Assembly: GCA_964571855.1 (NCBI GenBank)
Contig: CAZNDO010000016.1
Location: 4,601 to 68,600, forward strand
DNA length: 64,000 bases
Reading direction: 5' to 3'
Origin: an uncultured Gemmatimonadota bacterium
GTDB taxonomy: Bacteria > ARS69
Both the position numbers and the translations under genes were made by a program. Under the pieces are notes generated by a model. The model had not been told where the DNA came from and made no database searches. It was given only the letters and a program-made list of their open reading frames with translations. Below are positions 21,539-33,466 of the stretch, in pieces (the stretch's first letter is position 1; every line of letters starts with the position of its first letter).

Positions 21539-22461
21539 GGCGCGCCTCCGGCTCCGCCGGCGCGCGGCGCGCGCAGCACGGCCTCGGTCACGGACACGGC
21601 GCGGCGGTTCTCGCGCACGTCGTGCACGCGCAGCAGCGTGGCGCCGCCGAGCACGGCGAGCACGCTGGTGGCCAGCGTGCCCTCCAGCCGGTCGGCGGTG
21701 GACGGCGCGTGGTGCGGCGCCAGGAAGGACTTGCGCGATGCGCCCACCAGCACCGGACGCCCGGCGGACAGGTACTCCGGCAGCCGGCGCAGGATCTCCA
21801 GGTTGTGCTCCGCGGTCTTCGCGAAGCCCAGCCCCGGATCCAGGATGATGCGCGTCCGGAGGACGCCGGCGCGCACCGCGCGCTCCATGGCCTCCTCCAG
21901 CGAGCGGAGGCTCTCGCGGACCACGTCGTCGTAGTCCGTCAGGGAGCGCATGGTCCGCGGTTCGCCGCGCGAGTGCATGAGGACGAGGCCGGCCCCGCGC
22001 TCCGCGCAGACGGCGGCCAACTCCGGATCGCGGCGGAGGCCGGAGACGTCGTTCACGAGGGAAGCGCCGGCCGCCAGCGCCCTCGCCGCCACCTCCGCCT
22101 TCACGGTATCCACGGACACGGGGACGCCGAGCGCCGCCACCGGCCCGAGCACCGGCTCGAGTCGCGCCCACTCCTCGCGGGCGGAAACGGGGGCGGCGCC
22201 GGGGCGCGTGGACTCGCCGCCCACGTCCAAGGCGTCGGCGCCCGCATCCACCATGACGCGCGCGGCGGCAATGGCGGACGCCGCATCCGGATGGCGGTCG
22301 CCGTCGTGGAAGGAGTCCGGCGTGAGGTTCAGGATGCCGACGAGCCGCGTACGCCGCACGGGATCGCGGCGGGGGACCAGGTCCCCGAGCCCCGCCGGCT
22401 CCTCCGCGGCGGCGAAGGCCGGGAACGACGCGGGAGGGCAGGGGGATTCGGGGACGGTCAC
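21535..22461 (-). CDS. folP: Dihydropteroate synthase.
   Basis: Motifs VGILNLTPDSFHDGD, DVGGESTRPGA, and LVLMHSRG. The start may lie about 30 codons further in. Confidence 0.85.
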   Translation of the reverse strand: MTVPESPCPPASFPAFAAAEEPAGLGDLVPRRDPVRRTRLVGILNLTPDSFHDGDRHPDAASAIAAARVMVDAGADALDVGGESTRPGAAPVSAREEWARLEPVLGPVAALGVPVSVDTVKAEVAARALAAGASLVNDVSGLRRDPELAAVCAERGAGLVLMHSRGEPRTMRSLTDYDDVVRESLRSLEEAMERAVRAGVLRTRIILDPGLGFAKTAEHNLEILRRLPEYLSAGRPVLVGASRKSFLAPHHAPSTADRLEGTLATSVLAVLGGATLLRVHDVRENRRAVSVTEAVLRAPRAGGAGGAP

Positions 22462-22492
22462 GCGGTCTCCACGCTCCTCAGTTCGTCGCTTC

Positions 22493-24474
<1,982 letters not shown>

Positions 24475-24478
<4 letters not shown>

Positions 24479-25068
24479 CGGCCATCCTCCGGCCCGTTCG
24501 GCAGGTCCAGGTTCGGCAGGTCGTCGGCGTCGAGCACCGTGATGTACGGGAGGTTGCGGAAGCGCTGCGCGTAGTCCAGGCCGTATCCCACCACGAACTT
24601 GTCCGGGATGCGGAAGCCCACGTAGTCCACGGGGACGTGCACCTTCCTCCGCTCGTGCTTGTCCAGCAGGGTAACCACGCGCAGGGACGCGGGGTTCCGC
24701 GCCAGCAGCAGTTCCCGGAGGTAGTCCAGCGTCAGCCCCGAGTCCACGATGTCCTCCACCACGAGCACGTGCCGGCCCTCCACGTTCAACCCGAGGTCCG
24801 ACAGGATGCGCACGACCCCGGACGACTCCGTCCGGTCCTCGTAGCTGGACACCACCATGAAGTCCATCTCGCAGGGAACGTCGATGCGGCGCACCAGATC
24901 GGCCAGGAAGATGAACCCGCCCTTCAGGATGTTCACCAGGATGGGGGCCTTGCCCGCGTAGTCGCGCGAGATCTCCCGTCCGAGCTCCGTCACGCGGGCC
25001 CGGATGGTCTCCTCGTCGAAGAGGACCGTTCCGATGGGTTCCATCGTCGCTTCCGGAGAGATGTTCAT
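24475..25068 (-). CDS. hpt: Hypoxanthine phosphoribosyltransferase.
   Basis: PRPP-binding motif VLVVEDIVDSGLTL. The ATG overlaps the tilS stop (ATGA). Confidence 0.85.
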
Positions 25069-26504
25069 TCCCGTTCCGCCTCCGCCAGCCACGGCAGGCC
25101 GCCGAGGATCTCGATCCGCAGCGCCGTTCGTGTACGCTCCGTGATCCGCGCCCGATCGTCCACCCGGAACCCCGGGATCCAGACGATCCCGGATGCGTCG
25201 ACGACGACCGGGACCGCGTCCCGGAGGCGGCGCGGGATCTTCCGATCCACCATCAGGTCCTGGACCTTCACGGTGCCGCCGAGGCCCCGCGGCCGGTACC
25301 GGTCCCCGGGCCGACGTCCCCGCACGTGCAGCGGCGGACGGACCTCCGCGGCGTCCAGCCAGGCCACCGCGCGGCCCACGCCCCCGTCCGCATCATCGGG
25401 CGGCGGCGACACCGTCTCCACCCGCACGCTCGCGCCGATCTCGTCGAGGCGGAGGACGCCGGGAACGGCGAGGTGCCGGCTGGCCAGCGCGGCTGCGGTC
25501 CCGGCGGGTCTCCCGCCGGCCTGGGCCGGCCCGGGACCCGCGAGGACCACCACCTCCGCCCGCGTCACCGCCACGCGGACCCCTCCCGGGAGGTCGGCAG
25601 CGGCGTTTTCCCCGGCCTTCCAGGCCCGCACGAGACGATCCAGCGCCTCGTAGCCCGGGTCGGCCGCGGGGGAGATGCTGCGGACCGCATTCCTCAGGAT
25701 GGTGGACAGGACGATGCGATGATAGGGGCGTCCCGCGGCCCCAGCAAGGACCAATTCCCCCGGTCCGCCGGAGCGCCGGAGCGCAACCAGGCCTTCCGAC
25801 GCCGTCCGGGCGAGGAAGTCGTCCACGTCCGCCAGCAACGTGGCCGTCCGACCCGCCGCGCGCGCGAGCCCGGGGTTCTCGCGCCGGAGTGCGGGCAGCA
25901 CGTCCCGGCGCAGTCGCGACCGGAGGTTCGACCCGTCGTCGTTCGTGGGGTCGTTCCGGAACGGCAGCCCGCGCGCCGCGAGGTACGCGAGCACGTCCGC
26001 GCGCGTGCACTCCAGCAGGGGCCGGACCACACCGTCCTCGCGGCGCGGCCGCGGCAGCGAGAGCCCGCGCGGCCCGGCGCCGCGCAGCCACTGCGCCAGC
26101 ATCGTCTCCAGGCGGTCGTCCGCGTGGTGCGCCACGCACACGGTGGCGTCGAGCGCCCGGGCGATGCGCGCGAGGAAGTCGTACCGGACCTCGCGCGCGC
26201 GCCGCTCGGCGCCGCGGTGGGGGAAGCCGCCGCGGGCGTCCCAGTCCACGCGCTCCTCCCGCCACGCGAAGCCGTGCTCGCGCGCGTGCGCGCGCGCGAA
26301 GTCGGCATCCGCCGCGGAGGAGGGGCGAAGCGCGTGGTCCAGGTGGGCGGCCACGGGCTCCACGCCGAGCTCCCGCAGCGCGTGCAGGAGCGCGGTGGAG
26401 TCCGCCCCGCCGGAGTAGCCCACCACGACCGCACGACCAGCGGGCAGCAGCGCATCCCGGAGGAGCGTCTCGCGCACGATGCGGACCAGGACTTCGCGGC
26501 TCAT
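25065..26504 (-). CDS. tilS: tRNA(Ile)-lysidine synthetase.
   Basis: PP-loop VVVGYSGGADSTALL. Start MSREVLVRIVRETL. The track ORF is extended upstream by a junk head. Confidence 0.85.
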   Translation of the reverse strand: MSREVLVRIVRETLLRDALLPAGRAVVVGYSGGADSTALLHALRELGVEPVAAHLDHALRPSSAADADFARAHAREHGFAWREERVDWDARGGFPHRGAERRAREVRYDFLARIARALDATVCVAHHADDRLETMLAQWLRGAGPRGLSLPRPRREDGVVRPLLECTRADVLAYLAARGLPFRNDPTNDDGSNLRSRLRRDVLPALRRENPGLARAAGRTATLLADVDDFLARTASEGLVALRRSGGPGELVLAGAAGRPYHRIVLSTILRNAVRSISPAADPGYEALDRLVRAWKAGENAAADLPGGVRVAVTRAEVVVLAGPGPAQAGGRPAGTAAALASRHLAVPGVLRLDEIGASVRVETVSPPPDDADGGVGRAVAWLDAAEVRPPLHVRGRRPGDRYRPRGLGGTVKVQDLMVDRKIPRRLRDAVPVVVDASGIVWIPGFRVDDRARITERTRTALRIEILGGLPWLAEAERE

Positions 26505-26642
26505 GGGCGCCCCGCGGCCCGGGGCGTGAGGGCCGGCACGAGGATCCGGCCGTGCTGCCGGGAACCCGCGGCCGGGGGCCCGGTGGCCGGAGGACTGGAG
26601 GCCGCCGAAGGGTGATCGGCGCCAAGCGGCCCCGCGATGGGG

Positions 26643-26716
26643 TAGCGGTGCAGGGATTCGAACCCCGGACACGCGGATTATGATTCCGCTGCTCTAACCA
26701 ACTGAGCTACACCGCC
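26643..26716 (-). tRNA. tRNA with anticodon CAU (elongator Met or lysidine-modified Ile2). It is not the initiator.
   Basis: Cloverleaf GGCGGTG-TA-GCTC-AGTTGGTTA-GAGC-A-GCGGA-aTCATAa-TCCGC-GTGTC-CGGGG-TTCGAAT-CCCTG-CACCGCTA. CCA is not encoded. It lacks the three G-C pairs of the initiator anticodon stem. It lies about 140 nt from the tilS start. Confidence 0.8.
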
Positions 26717-27327
26717 CCGGAATTCCGACCGGGGAAGGTACGGAAGCGCCCAGGGGGTGTCAAGAACGCGGCCCTCGCAAGGGTCCGGCGGCCGCGCGGC
26801 CTTGCTCGTTCGTCTCCTCGGAGTGCGCTTTCCGTCGGGTGGACCGCGTCGCGGAGCTTCCGTCGTGGAGTCGAAAGACGCCCCCTTCCCGACCTGACAC
26901 TCCCGGGCCGTCCCAGATCCGGGGCCAGGTGATTGGGTCGGAGGTCCGGACGCGGTCACCACCCGCGAATGCCCGGAACACCGGGCGAGGGCGCCGGAGC
27001 CTGGACGGCGAAGCCGTGTCGGCTCCGAAGGCGGGATGCGCAGGCGGGTTGCAGCGCCCTCGGGAACGAGTCGGGCGCGTTGCGTTCCGGAACTCCGGGG
27101 CGTCACGCCGTCCTCGTGCGAGCCACTTTCCCCACGGTCTTCCGGAACGTCAACCGACGCCGCCCGCGTGCGCCCGCGTGAGCCCGCGGACGCGGCGGCG
27201 CCGGAACCGGGCCGGTGGTGGCGGGTTGCGGAGGCGGCTGGTAGACTGCCGCCCCTTCGAATCCTCCGGGAAAGGAACCGCTCTCGTGGCATTCCCTTCC
27301 GCCCGCCCGGCCGCGCCGGGGCGCGCG

Positions 27328-28491
27328 ATGCTCCGCGCCACGCTCCCCATCGCCCTCGCCGCCGCCGGGATCGCGGGCTGCGGCACGCGGGACGACGACA
27401 CGCTCGGCATTTCGCTGATCGAGGACCGGGGCGATCGCAAGGCCGTCCGGTTCGTCACGCTCGCCGCGGACTCCGGCGCCGCGTTCCAGTCCGCCACGCA
27501 GGCCGGCGATCCGGCCACGGCGCCCACCCTGCTCGTGACGGCCCGACCGGGCTACCTTGCGCGCGCCCTGCTGCGCTTCCCGAACTCGGTGCTGCCCGGC
27601 GGCGCCGTCGTCATCGACAGCGCCACGGTCGTGCTCCCGTACCGGGACGGCTTCGGGGACACGTCCTTCTCGCTCGCCGTGCATCGCGTGCTGGAGGACT
27701 GGGCCGAGACCACGGAGCCGCCGGACTCGTTCCCCGCCTACGACGCGGTGCCCGCGGTCACCCTGGACGTGCCCTTCTCCGACGCGGCGCTCGACACGTT
27801 CACGCTGACCCTCACGGCGCTCGCGCAGGCGTGGTCCGACGACACCACGACGAACTTCGGCGTGGCGCTCCTGCCGTCGCCCGGCGAGACCGGCGAGCTG
27901 GAGCCGGACGCGCGCGAGTCCACGACGCCGCCGCGGCTGGTCGTGCACTGGACGGCATCCGGCGCGGACTCCTCGCGCAACGCCACGCCGTCCGCCGATG
28001 TCTATTCGCTCGGCACCACTCCCGGTTTCGTCCCGCTGTCGGACCAGCCGCGTCGCGTCACGGTGGCGCGCGGCGTGGCCGCCCGCTCCTTCCTCCGCTT
28101 CCCCTGGGAGGATCCCGGAGTGCGGGCCACGATCCACCGTGCCGAGCTCACGTTGCACGGCGACGCGTCGCTCTCCGCCGCGAGCGGCTTCGCGGTGGGC
28201 GTGCGCCGTGTGCTCGCCGAGCCGTGGAACGGTTTCGACACCGGGGTGGATCCCACGATCCTCGGCATCCAGACCGTCGTGGCGGACCAGGACTCGCTCG
28301 TGCTCGACGTGACCCAGGTGGTCATCGATCTGCTCGACGTGCAGAACCACGGTTTCGAGATCCGCGCCGCGGATGAGCGCCCGGACACGGACTACCTGCG
28401 CTTCCACGGCTGGGACACCGAGACGCCGGCTCTCGCGCCCACGCTGCGCGTGTGGTGGACGCCGGGCGACGCGCCGGGGGAGGCACCGTGA
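27328..28491 (+). CDS. Lipoprotein with two tandem DNRLRE-like domains (hypothetical cell-surface protein).
   Basis: Lipobox LAAAGIAGC. Two internally similar halves (ALLRFPNS..VVIDSATVVL..AVHRVLEDW and SFLRFPWED..AELTLHG..VRRVLAEPW..DYLRFHGWD..PTLRVWW). Confidence 0.55.
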   Translation: MLRATLPIALAAAGIAGCGTRDDDTLGISLIEDRGDRKAVRFVTLAADSGAAFQSATQAGDPATAPTLLVTARPGYLARALLRFPNSVLPGGAVVIDSATVVLPYRDGFGDTSFSLAVHRVLEDWAETTEPPDSFPAYDAVPAVTLDVPFSDAALDTFTLTLTALAQAWSDDTTTNFGVALLPSPGETGELEPDARESTTPPRLVVHWTASGADSSRNATPSADVYSLGTTPGFVPLSDQPRRVTVARGVAARSFLRFPWEDPGVRATIHRAELTLHGDASLSAASGFAVGVRRVLAEPWNGFDTGVDPTILGIQTVVADQDSLVLDVTQVVIDLLDVQNHGFEIRAADERPDTDYLRFHGWDTETPALAPTLRVWWTPGDAPGEAP

Positions 28492-29723
28492 GCCGCCGCG
28501 CCACGGGAGCCGCGCTGCTCGCGGCGTCCATCGCGATCGGCGTCGCGTCGCCCGGCCGCGCCGCGTCGCGCTACTCGCTGCGCGGCGAGGGCGAGCCCGT
28601 GCTGCCGTTCACGTCCGCCGTGCGCGCGATGGGCGGGGCCGAGGCCGCGTCCGCCTCGCCCGGCCTCGCCACGAACCCGGCCACGCTGGCGCTCGCGCCG
28701 AGCACGCGCTTCCACGGTTCCTGGCTCACGGACTGGGTGCGCACCGAGGAGACGCTGCCGGCGGGCGTCGCCGTGCGCAAGGAATACGAGGGGTACGTGC
28801 CGAACCTCGGGCTCGTGTTCCTGGCGCCCGGCCGCGTGCGCGTGGGCACCGGGCTCCTCGTCGACCGGCGCATCGACGGCCGCATCGTCCAGGATGCCGA
28901 GACCCCGGACGGCCGGCCCTACCGGCAGGTGTTCGAGGCCTCCGGCAACCTGCTGCGCATCCCGCTCCTCGTCGCTCGCGACTTCGGACCCGTGCAACTC
29001 GGCGCGGGGATGGACTTCGTTCTCGCGAACTCGGAGATCCGGTGGCGCAACGACTTCCCGGACGGCACGTCGTTCCTGGACAGCAACGACCGCGACGAGA
29101 CCGGTGCGTGGGGGCCGGCGTGGCGCGCCGGCGCGCGGCTGCCGCTGGGCGACCGCGCGGCCGTGGGCGCGTGGGGGCTCTGGCCGCGGGACCTCTCCGG
29201 CAGTCGCCGCCTCGAGAACGAGGATCCGCAGGACACCACGTCCGCGTCGAAGCTGGACTTCGAGGCGGAGACCGCCGCGCGCGTCGGTGCCGGCATCGAG
29301 GCGTCGCCCGCGGCGGGCTGGCGCGTCGCCGCGGACTGGACGCACGAGTCCTGGGAGGACGTGGATTCGCCGCGCGCCGTGGGCACGTTCACGGACGTGG
29401 ACCGCGTGTCCGCCGGCGTGGAGTGGACCGGCGGATCCGGGTCCGGGCTGCGGCAGCCCGTGCGCGCGGGGTTCCGCACGGAGCCGCTGCACACCCTGGA
29501 TGCGAACGGGCGGGAGATCCGTGAGACCGCGCTCAGCGCGGGCACCGGCTTCGTGTTCGCGGACGGTCGCGGCCAGTTCGACTGGTTCCTCGAGTACGGT
29601 TGGCGCGGGAAGAAGGACGAGAGCGAGTACCACGAGCAGTTCGTGCGGCTCGGCGTCACGCTGACGGGCTTCGAGGAGTGGAGCGGCCGCCGCCCGCCCG
29701 AGCCCGAGGACGAGGACTGGTAG
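28488..29723 (+). CDS. Secreted/outer-membrane hypothetical protein.
   Basis: The GTG overlaps the upstream stop (GTGA) with a GGGGGAGG RBS. Signal peptide RRATGAALLAASIAIGVASPGRAAS. Amphipathic strand-rich sequence. Confidence 0.5.
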   Translation: MSRRATGAALLAASIAIGVASPGRAASRYSLRGEGEPVLPFTSAVRAMGGAEAASASPGLATNPATLALAPSTRFHGSWLTDWVRTEETLPAGVAVRKEYEGYVPNLGLVFLAPGRVRVGTGLLVDRRIDGRIVQDAETPDGRPYRQVFEASGNLLRIPLLVARDFGPVQLGAGMDFVLANSEIRWRNDFPDGTSFLDSNDRDETGAWGPAWRAGARLPLGDRAAVGAWGLWPRDLSGSRRLENEDPQDTTSASKLDFEAETAARVGAGIEASPAAGWRVAADWTHESWEDVDSPRAVGTFTDVDRVSAGVEWTGGSGSGLRQPVRAGFRTEPLHTLDANGREIRETALSAGTGFVFADGRGQFDWFLEYGWRGKKDESEYHEQFVRLGVTLTGFEEWSGRRPPEPEDEDW

Positions 29724-29784
29724 GAGACGCGGGAGGCCGCCGGTCGCCCGGCGGCCTCCGCGGTCCCGTCCGGATCGCGACCGG

Positions 29785-30663
29785 CTACTGCACCGCCGGC
29801 CGATCCCCCTCGATCCGCCACGGGATCCCCCACGCCACGTTGTCGTACGGCGCGACGTCGTCGAACAGCGTCCCCTCGGACAGCACGTCCACCACGAGGT
29901 GCCGCGGTCCGGCCACGTGGCTCGCGAGGAAGCGGCCGGAGAACGTGCCGTCGCCGTTGCTCGTGAGCTGCATGCGGGCGCGGCGGTGCCGCAGGTGCAG
30001 GTACACCTGGTCGGACGCATCGCCCGTGTCCACGGTCACCAGGACCTCCTCGCCGGCCGGGATCGCGAGCAGGTCGTTCACGCGCACGAGATCGGTCACG
30101 TTCGTCACGGTCTCGTCCACGGCGCCGGCCTGGATGCGCACGGAGCGGATCGCGCGCGTGGTGCCCGGCGACTCGATCGACACGCCGGACAGCGCGATCA
30201 GCCGCCAGCCGCGGTTGCGTTCGCCGGTGCGGCGGGAGCGCTCCAGCAGGAGCCGCCGCACGCCCAGGTCCTCGAAGTCCTTCTCGTAGTGCGTGGCCAT
30301 GCTGTCCGCACACGCCCACAGGTGCAGGATGCCGGTGGCGTCCCAGCGGACCGTGACGTCCGCGCGGGCCGGCTCGCCCGCGGGCTGCTCGATCTCGATG
30401 CTCACGGAGCGGTCCAGCGAGAGCAGCTCCCGCCGCCAGCCGGTCGTCGCGATGGGGGCGGTGGCGATCGAACCGTCGCCGTCGTCCCAGTAGAGGACGT
30501 CGGCGTCGGCGAGCGGCGCCTCCTCGTCCAGCACGACGTACTCGATCGCGGCCTGCTCGGTGTCGTCACCCGCGGAGGGCGACGTGTCCGAGTCGAAGCA
30601 CCCGTTCAGGAACAGCAGCGACCCGGCGAACGCGGTCGCGGCGAGGGATCGATGGGCTCGCAT
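29785..30663 (-). CDS. Hypothetical lipoprotein.
   Basis: RBS, then the ATG. Lipobox LLFLNGC. 292 aa. The upstream part of track ORF 29785..32079 is discarded. Confidence 0.55.
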   Translation of the reverse strand: MRAHRSLAATAFAGSLLFLNGCFDSDTSPSAGDDTEQAAIEYVVLDEEAPLADADVLYWDDGDGSIATAPIATTGWRRELLSLDRSVSIEIEQPAGEPARADVTVRWDATGILHLWACADSMATHYEKDFEDLGVRRLLLERSRRTGERNRGWRLIALSGVSIESPGTTRAIRSVRIQAGAVDETVTNVTDLVRVNDLLAIPAGEEVLVTVDTGDASDQVYLHLRHRRARMQLTSNGDGTFSGRFLASHVAGPRHLVVDVLSEGTLFDDVAPYDNVAWGIPWRIEGDRPAVQ

Positions 30664-30932
30664 GATGGGATCTCCTTGGCTGCCGCCGGCCGCTCTCGGG
30701 ATGGCGCCCCCCGGACCTCTCCGCGACCGAGGCCGGCAGCGACGGATCGCGGCGCGGGCCCGGGGGTGACTGCGCCGGGGGTACGCAGGCGGCGTGCCAG
30801 CGGGCGACCGCTCGGCGGAACCGACGTGAGCGCAAGCACTTGTGCGGATCGAAGGCCGGCCGCGCCCCGGTGTGGCGCCGGGGGGCGGTGCACGCGGGCG
30901 TTCACCCGTGTGCGCCGCGGGGCAGGTGCGGG

Positions 30933-32369
30933 TCAGGGCTCCCGGAGGAACGGCGTCACGTCGTCCAGCCGCGCGGCGGAGTCCGCGGGCGCAGGCCCGG
31001 CGTCGTCGTCCGGCTCGCGGGCCGCGGCGCGGAGCGCCTCCGTCCAGCCGGCCTCGAGCGCCGACGTGGTGAGACGCGTCGCCTCGAAGACCGCGTCGCG
31101 GAACGGCGTGCCGCGCACGACCTCCCGCATGATCCGCTCCGGCGCCTGCGTTCCGGCCGCGAACGCGAGGTGGTCCACGAGCGAGCGCGCGAGCAGCGGG
31201 CCCTCGGGCGTGCGGAAGATCGAAGGGTCGAGCATCCGCGCGTAGGTCGGGACGCCGTCCCGGCGGAGCAGGGCGCGGAACCGCTGGTCCAGGTCCGGCG
31301 TGCCCGGGTGCACCGCCGCATGCACGAAGCCCTCCACGAACCAGCGCGGCGCGGCCGGGGCCGCGGGCGCGAGACGCACGAGACCCACCCAGCGCAGGGC
31401 CTCGCGCAACCCGGCCTCGCGCGTCAGCGCGGCGCTGCGTCCCGGCATCTCGAGGTACAGCAGGTCGGAGCCGCGGATGGAGCCGGTGACGAGCACGTGC
31501 AGCATCTCGCCGGTCGCGCGCTCCAGGCTTCCGTGATCCGGGAGCACGTGGATACGCAACGGCTTCAGCTTCAGGGAGAGCCGCTCCTGCATGCGCGCCG
31601 AGAACCCGCTCGCCAGATCGAACACCTCCTGTGCCGCCTTCTCCTCGCCGGGCGGGTACCGGAGCGTGATGTCGTTCCCCGCGATCTCCGGCCAGTCGTC
31701 CGTGGGCACGGGCGCCGCGGGCGCGAAGCGCGCGCCGCCGCCGAACAGGAGCGCGAGCCCGGCCATCCAGGCCGCCCACGGCGCCGCGCCCGCCACCGCG
31801 GCCGCCGGCCGCGGGACGCCGAACGCCCGCAGCCCCGCGTACGATCCGGCGGCCGCGAGCCAGACGAACGGGTTCGTCAGCGCGAGCGCAGCCCGCCCGA
31901 GCGGTCCCTCCGCGCCGGCGAACGCGCCCAGGTTCACCGGCGGGTCCGGCTGCCCGGTGCCGATCGCGAGCCCCGCCTTCACGAGCAGCCCCAGCGAGAC
32001 CGGCAGGGATGCCCACGCGGTCACGGCGAGGACACGGGCGAACGATGGCCGGGGGCGCGCCGGCAGCAGGAGCACCCACGCGAGCACCGCCGTAGCCACC
32101 ATGGCGATCACCGGCAGCAGGAGCGAGGCCGTGCGGAACGCCTGGTGGAGGTTCGCGCGGAGCTCGGTCTCCGGGAGCAGCGTGCGGTCCAGCATCGCGG
32201 GCACGACGTACGGGAACGCCTTGCGGACGGCGACCTCCACGTACGCGAGCGTGCAGCCGGTGAGCAGCACCAGCGGCAGCACGAAGCGCGGCTGGTCTTC
32301 CAGCCCGCGGAAGAACCGCGCGAGCCGCGACGCCGCGGCGGGAGGGGACGCGGCGTCCGCTCCGCTCAA
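30933..32369 (-). CDS. Hypothetical membrane protein: N-terminal polytopic region plus a C-terminal soluble domain.
   Basis: A TTG start overlaps the pepP-like stop (TTGA). About 7 hydrophobic helices, then a soluble domain of about 230 aa. The start is uncertain. Confidence 0.5.
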   Translation of the reverse strand: MSGADAASPPAAASRLARFFRGLEDQPRFVLPLVLLTGCTLAYVEVAVRKAFPYVVPAMLDRTLLPETELRANLHQAFRTASLLLPVIAMVATAVLAWVLLLPARPRPSFARVLAVTAWASLPVSLGLLVKAGLAIGTGQPDPPVNLGAFAGAEGPLGRAALALTNPFVWLAAAGSYAGLRAFGVPRPAAAVAGAAPWAAWMAGLALLFGGGARFAPAAPVPTDDWPEIAGNDITLRYPPGEEKAAQEVFDLASGFSARMQERLSLKLKPLRIHVLPDHGSLERATGEMLHVLVTGSIRGSDLLYLEMPGRSAALTREAGLREALRWVGLVRLAPAAPAAPRWFVEGFVHAAVHPGTPDLDQRFRALLRRDGVPTYARMLDPSIFRTPEGPLLARSLVDHLAFAAGTQAPERIMREVVRGTPFRDAVFEATRLTTSALEAGWTEALRAAAREPDDDAGPAPADSAARLDDVTPFLREP

Positions 32370-33466
32370 GCGCCGACCTCCACCAGCTCCTTCGCCGCCG
32401 GCGTGAGGTTCTCGAAGCCTCCGTCCGCCACGAGCACGGTGTCCTCGATGCGCACGCCGCCCACGCCGGGCACGTACACGCCGGGCTCGATCGTGAACGC
32501 CATGCCGGACTCCAGCACGATGGTGCTGGCGTCGTTCAGCCCGCCGCCGTCGTGCACGTCCAGGCCGATGGAGTGGCCGGTGCCGTGGATGAAGCGGCCG
32601 GCGAACTCCGACGCGTCCACCACGTCCGCCGCCGCGCGGTGCACGTCCCGGCCCGGGACCCCGGGCCGCGTCGCCGCGAGCGCGTTCGCCTGCGCGCGCT
32701 GCACCACGCCGTACATGGCGCGTTGCGCGTCGCTGGCGCGGCCGAACACCCACGTGCGCGTGATGTCGGAGCAGTAGTCGTCCAGCTTCGCGCCGAAATC
32801 CGCCAGCACGAAGTCGCCGCGCGCCAGGCGCACGTCGCCCGGCGAGTAGTGCGGTTCCGCCGCGCCCTTCCCGAAGGCCACGATGGTGGGGAACGCGGGC
32901 TGCGCGCCGTGCGCCTGCATCGCGTTCGCGATCCAGCCGGACAGCTCGCGCTCGGTCATGCCCTCGCGCAGCGCGCCCGGCAGCGCGTCGGCGACCTCGG
33001 CCACGAGCCGGCACGCCCGCCGGATCCGCGCGGCCTCCTCCGCGTCCTTCGTGAGCCGCGCGCGCGTGATCGCCGGCTCCACGTCCACGATCGTCGCGTC
33101 GGGCAGCAGCTCGCCGAGCAGCTTCACCTTCGACCACGGGACCGCCGGCGCGTTCACGCCGATGCGACGCGCGGGGCCCAGCACGGTCTTCAGCACCTCG
33201 CGGAACGCGGCCTGCGTGGCGAAGGCGAGGACGTCCGCGTCGGGCGCGGTGCGCGCGCTCTCCTCCTCCAGGCGCGACACGACGAGCGACGGGTGCGCGT
33301 CCGGGAACAGCACCGCCGCGCAGCCCTCGTAGCCGCCGCGCGACACGCCCGAGACGTAGCGGAACGTGGAGTCCGTGAAGTTCGCGCTGCCGTTCAGGAG
33401 CGCCACGGCGTCCACGGCGGTGCCGGGATCGAGCGCGGCGAAGATGCGGTCGGAACGGGTCTTCAT
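32366..33466 (-). CDS. M24 family Xaa-Pro aminopeptidase/creatinase-like peptidase.
   Basis: Metal-ligand motifs DFGAKLDDYCSDITRT, HGTGHSIGLDVHD, and FTIEPGVY..GVRIED. GGGAGGGGAA RBS. Confidence 0.8.
   Translation of the reverse strand: MKTRSDRIFAALDPGTAVDAVALLNGSANFTDSTFRYVSGVSRGGYEGCAAVLFPDAHPSLVVSRLEEESARTAPDADVLAFATQAAFREVLKTVLGPARRIGVNAPAVPWSKVKLLGELLPDATIVDVEPAITRARLTKDAEEAARIRRACRLVAEVADALPGALREGMTERELSGWIANAMQAHGAQPAFPTIVAFGKGAAEPHYSPGDVRLARGDFVLADFGAKLDDYCSDITRTWVFGRASDAQRAMYGVVQRAQANALAATRPGVPGRDVHRAAADVVDASEFAGRFIHGTGHSIGLDVHDGGGLNDASTIVLESGMAFTIEPGVYVPGVGGVRIEDTVLVADGGFENLTPAAKELVEVGA

Noticed and set aside
26643-26716. Initiator tRNA-fMet assignment for the CAU tRNA.
   Set aside because: It lacks the three consecutive G-C pairs in the anticodon stem and the 1:72 mismatch. 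It is an elongator type (Met or Ile2).
27225-27260. TTGCGG...TAGACT as a sigma-70 promoter for the lipoprotein gene.
   Set aside because: The spacer is only about 10 nt, so the geometry is incompatible.
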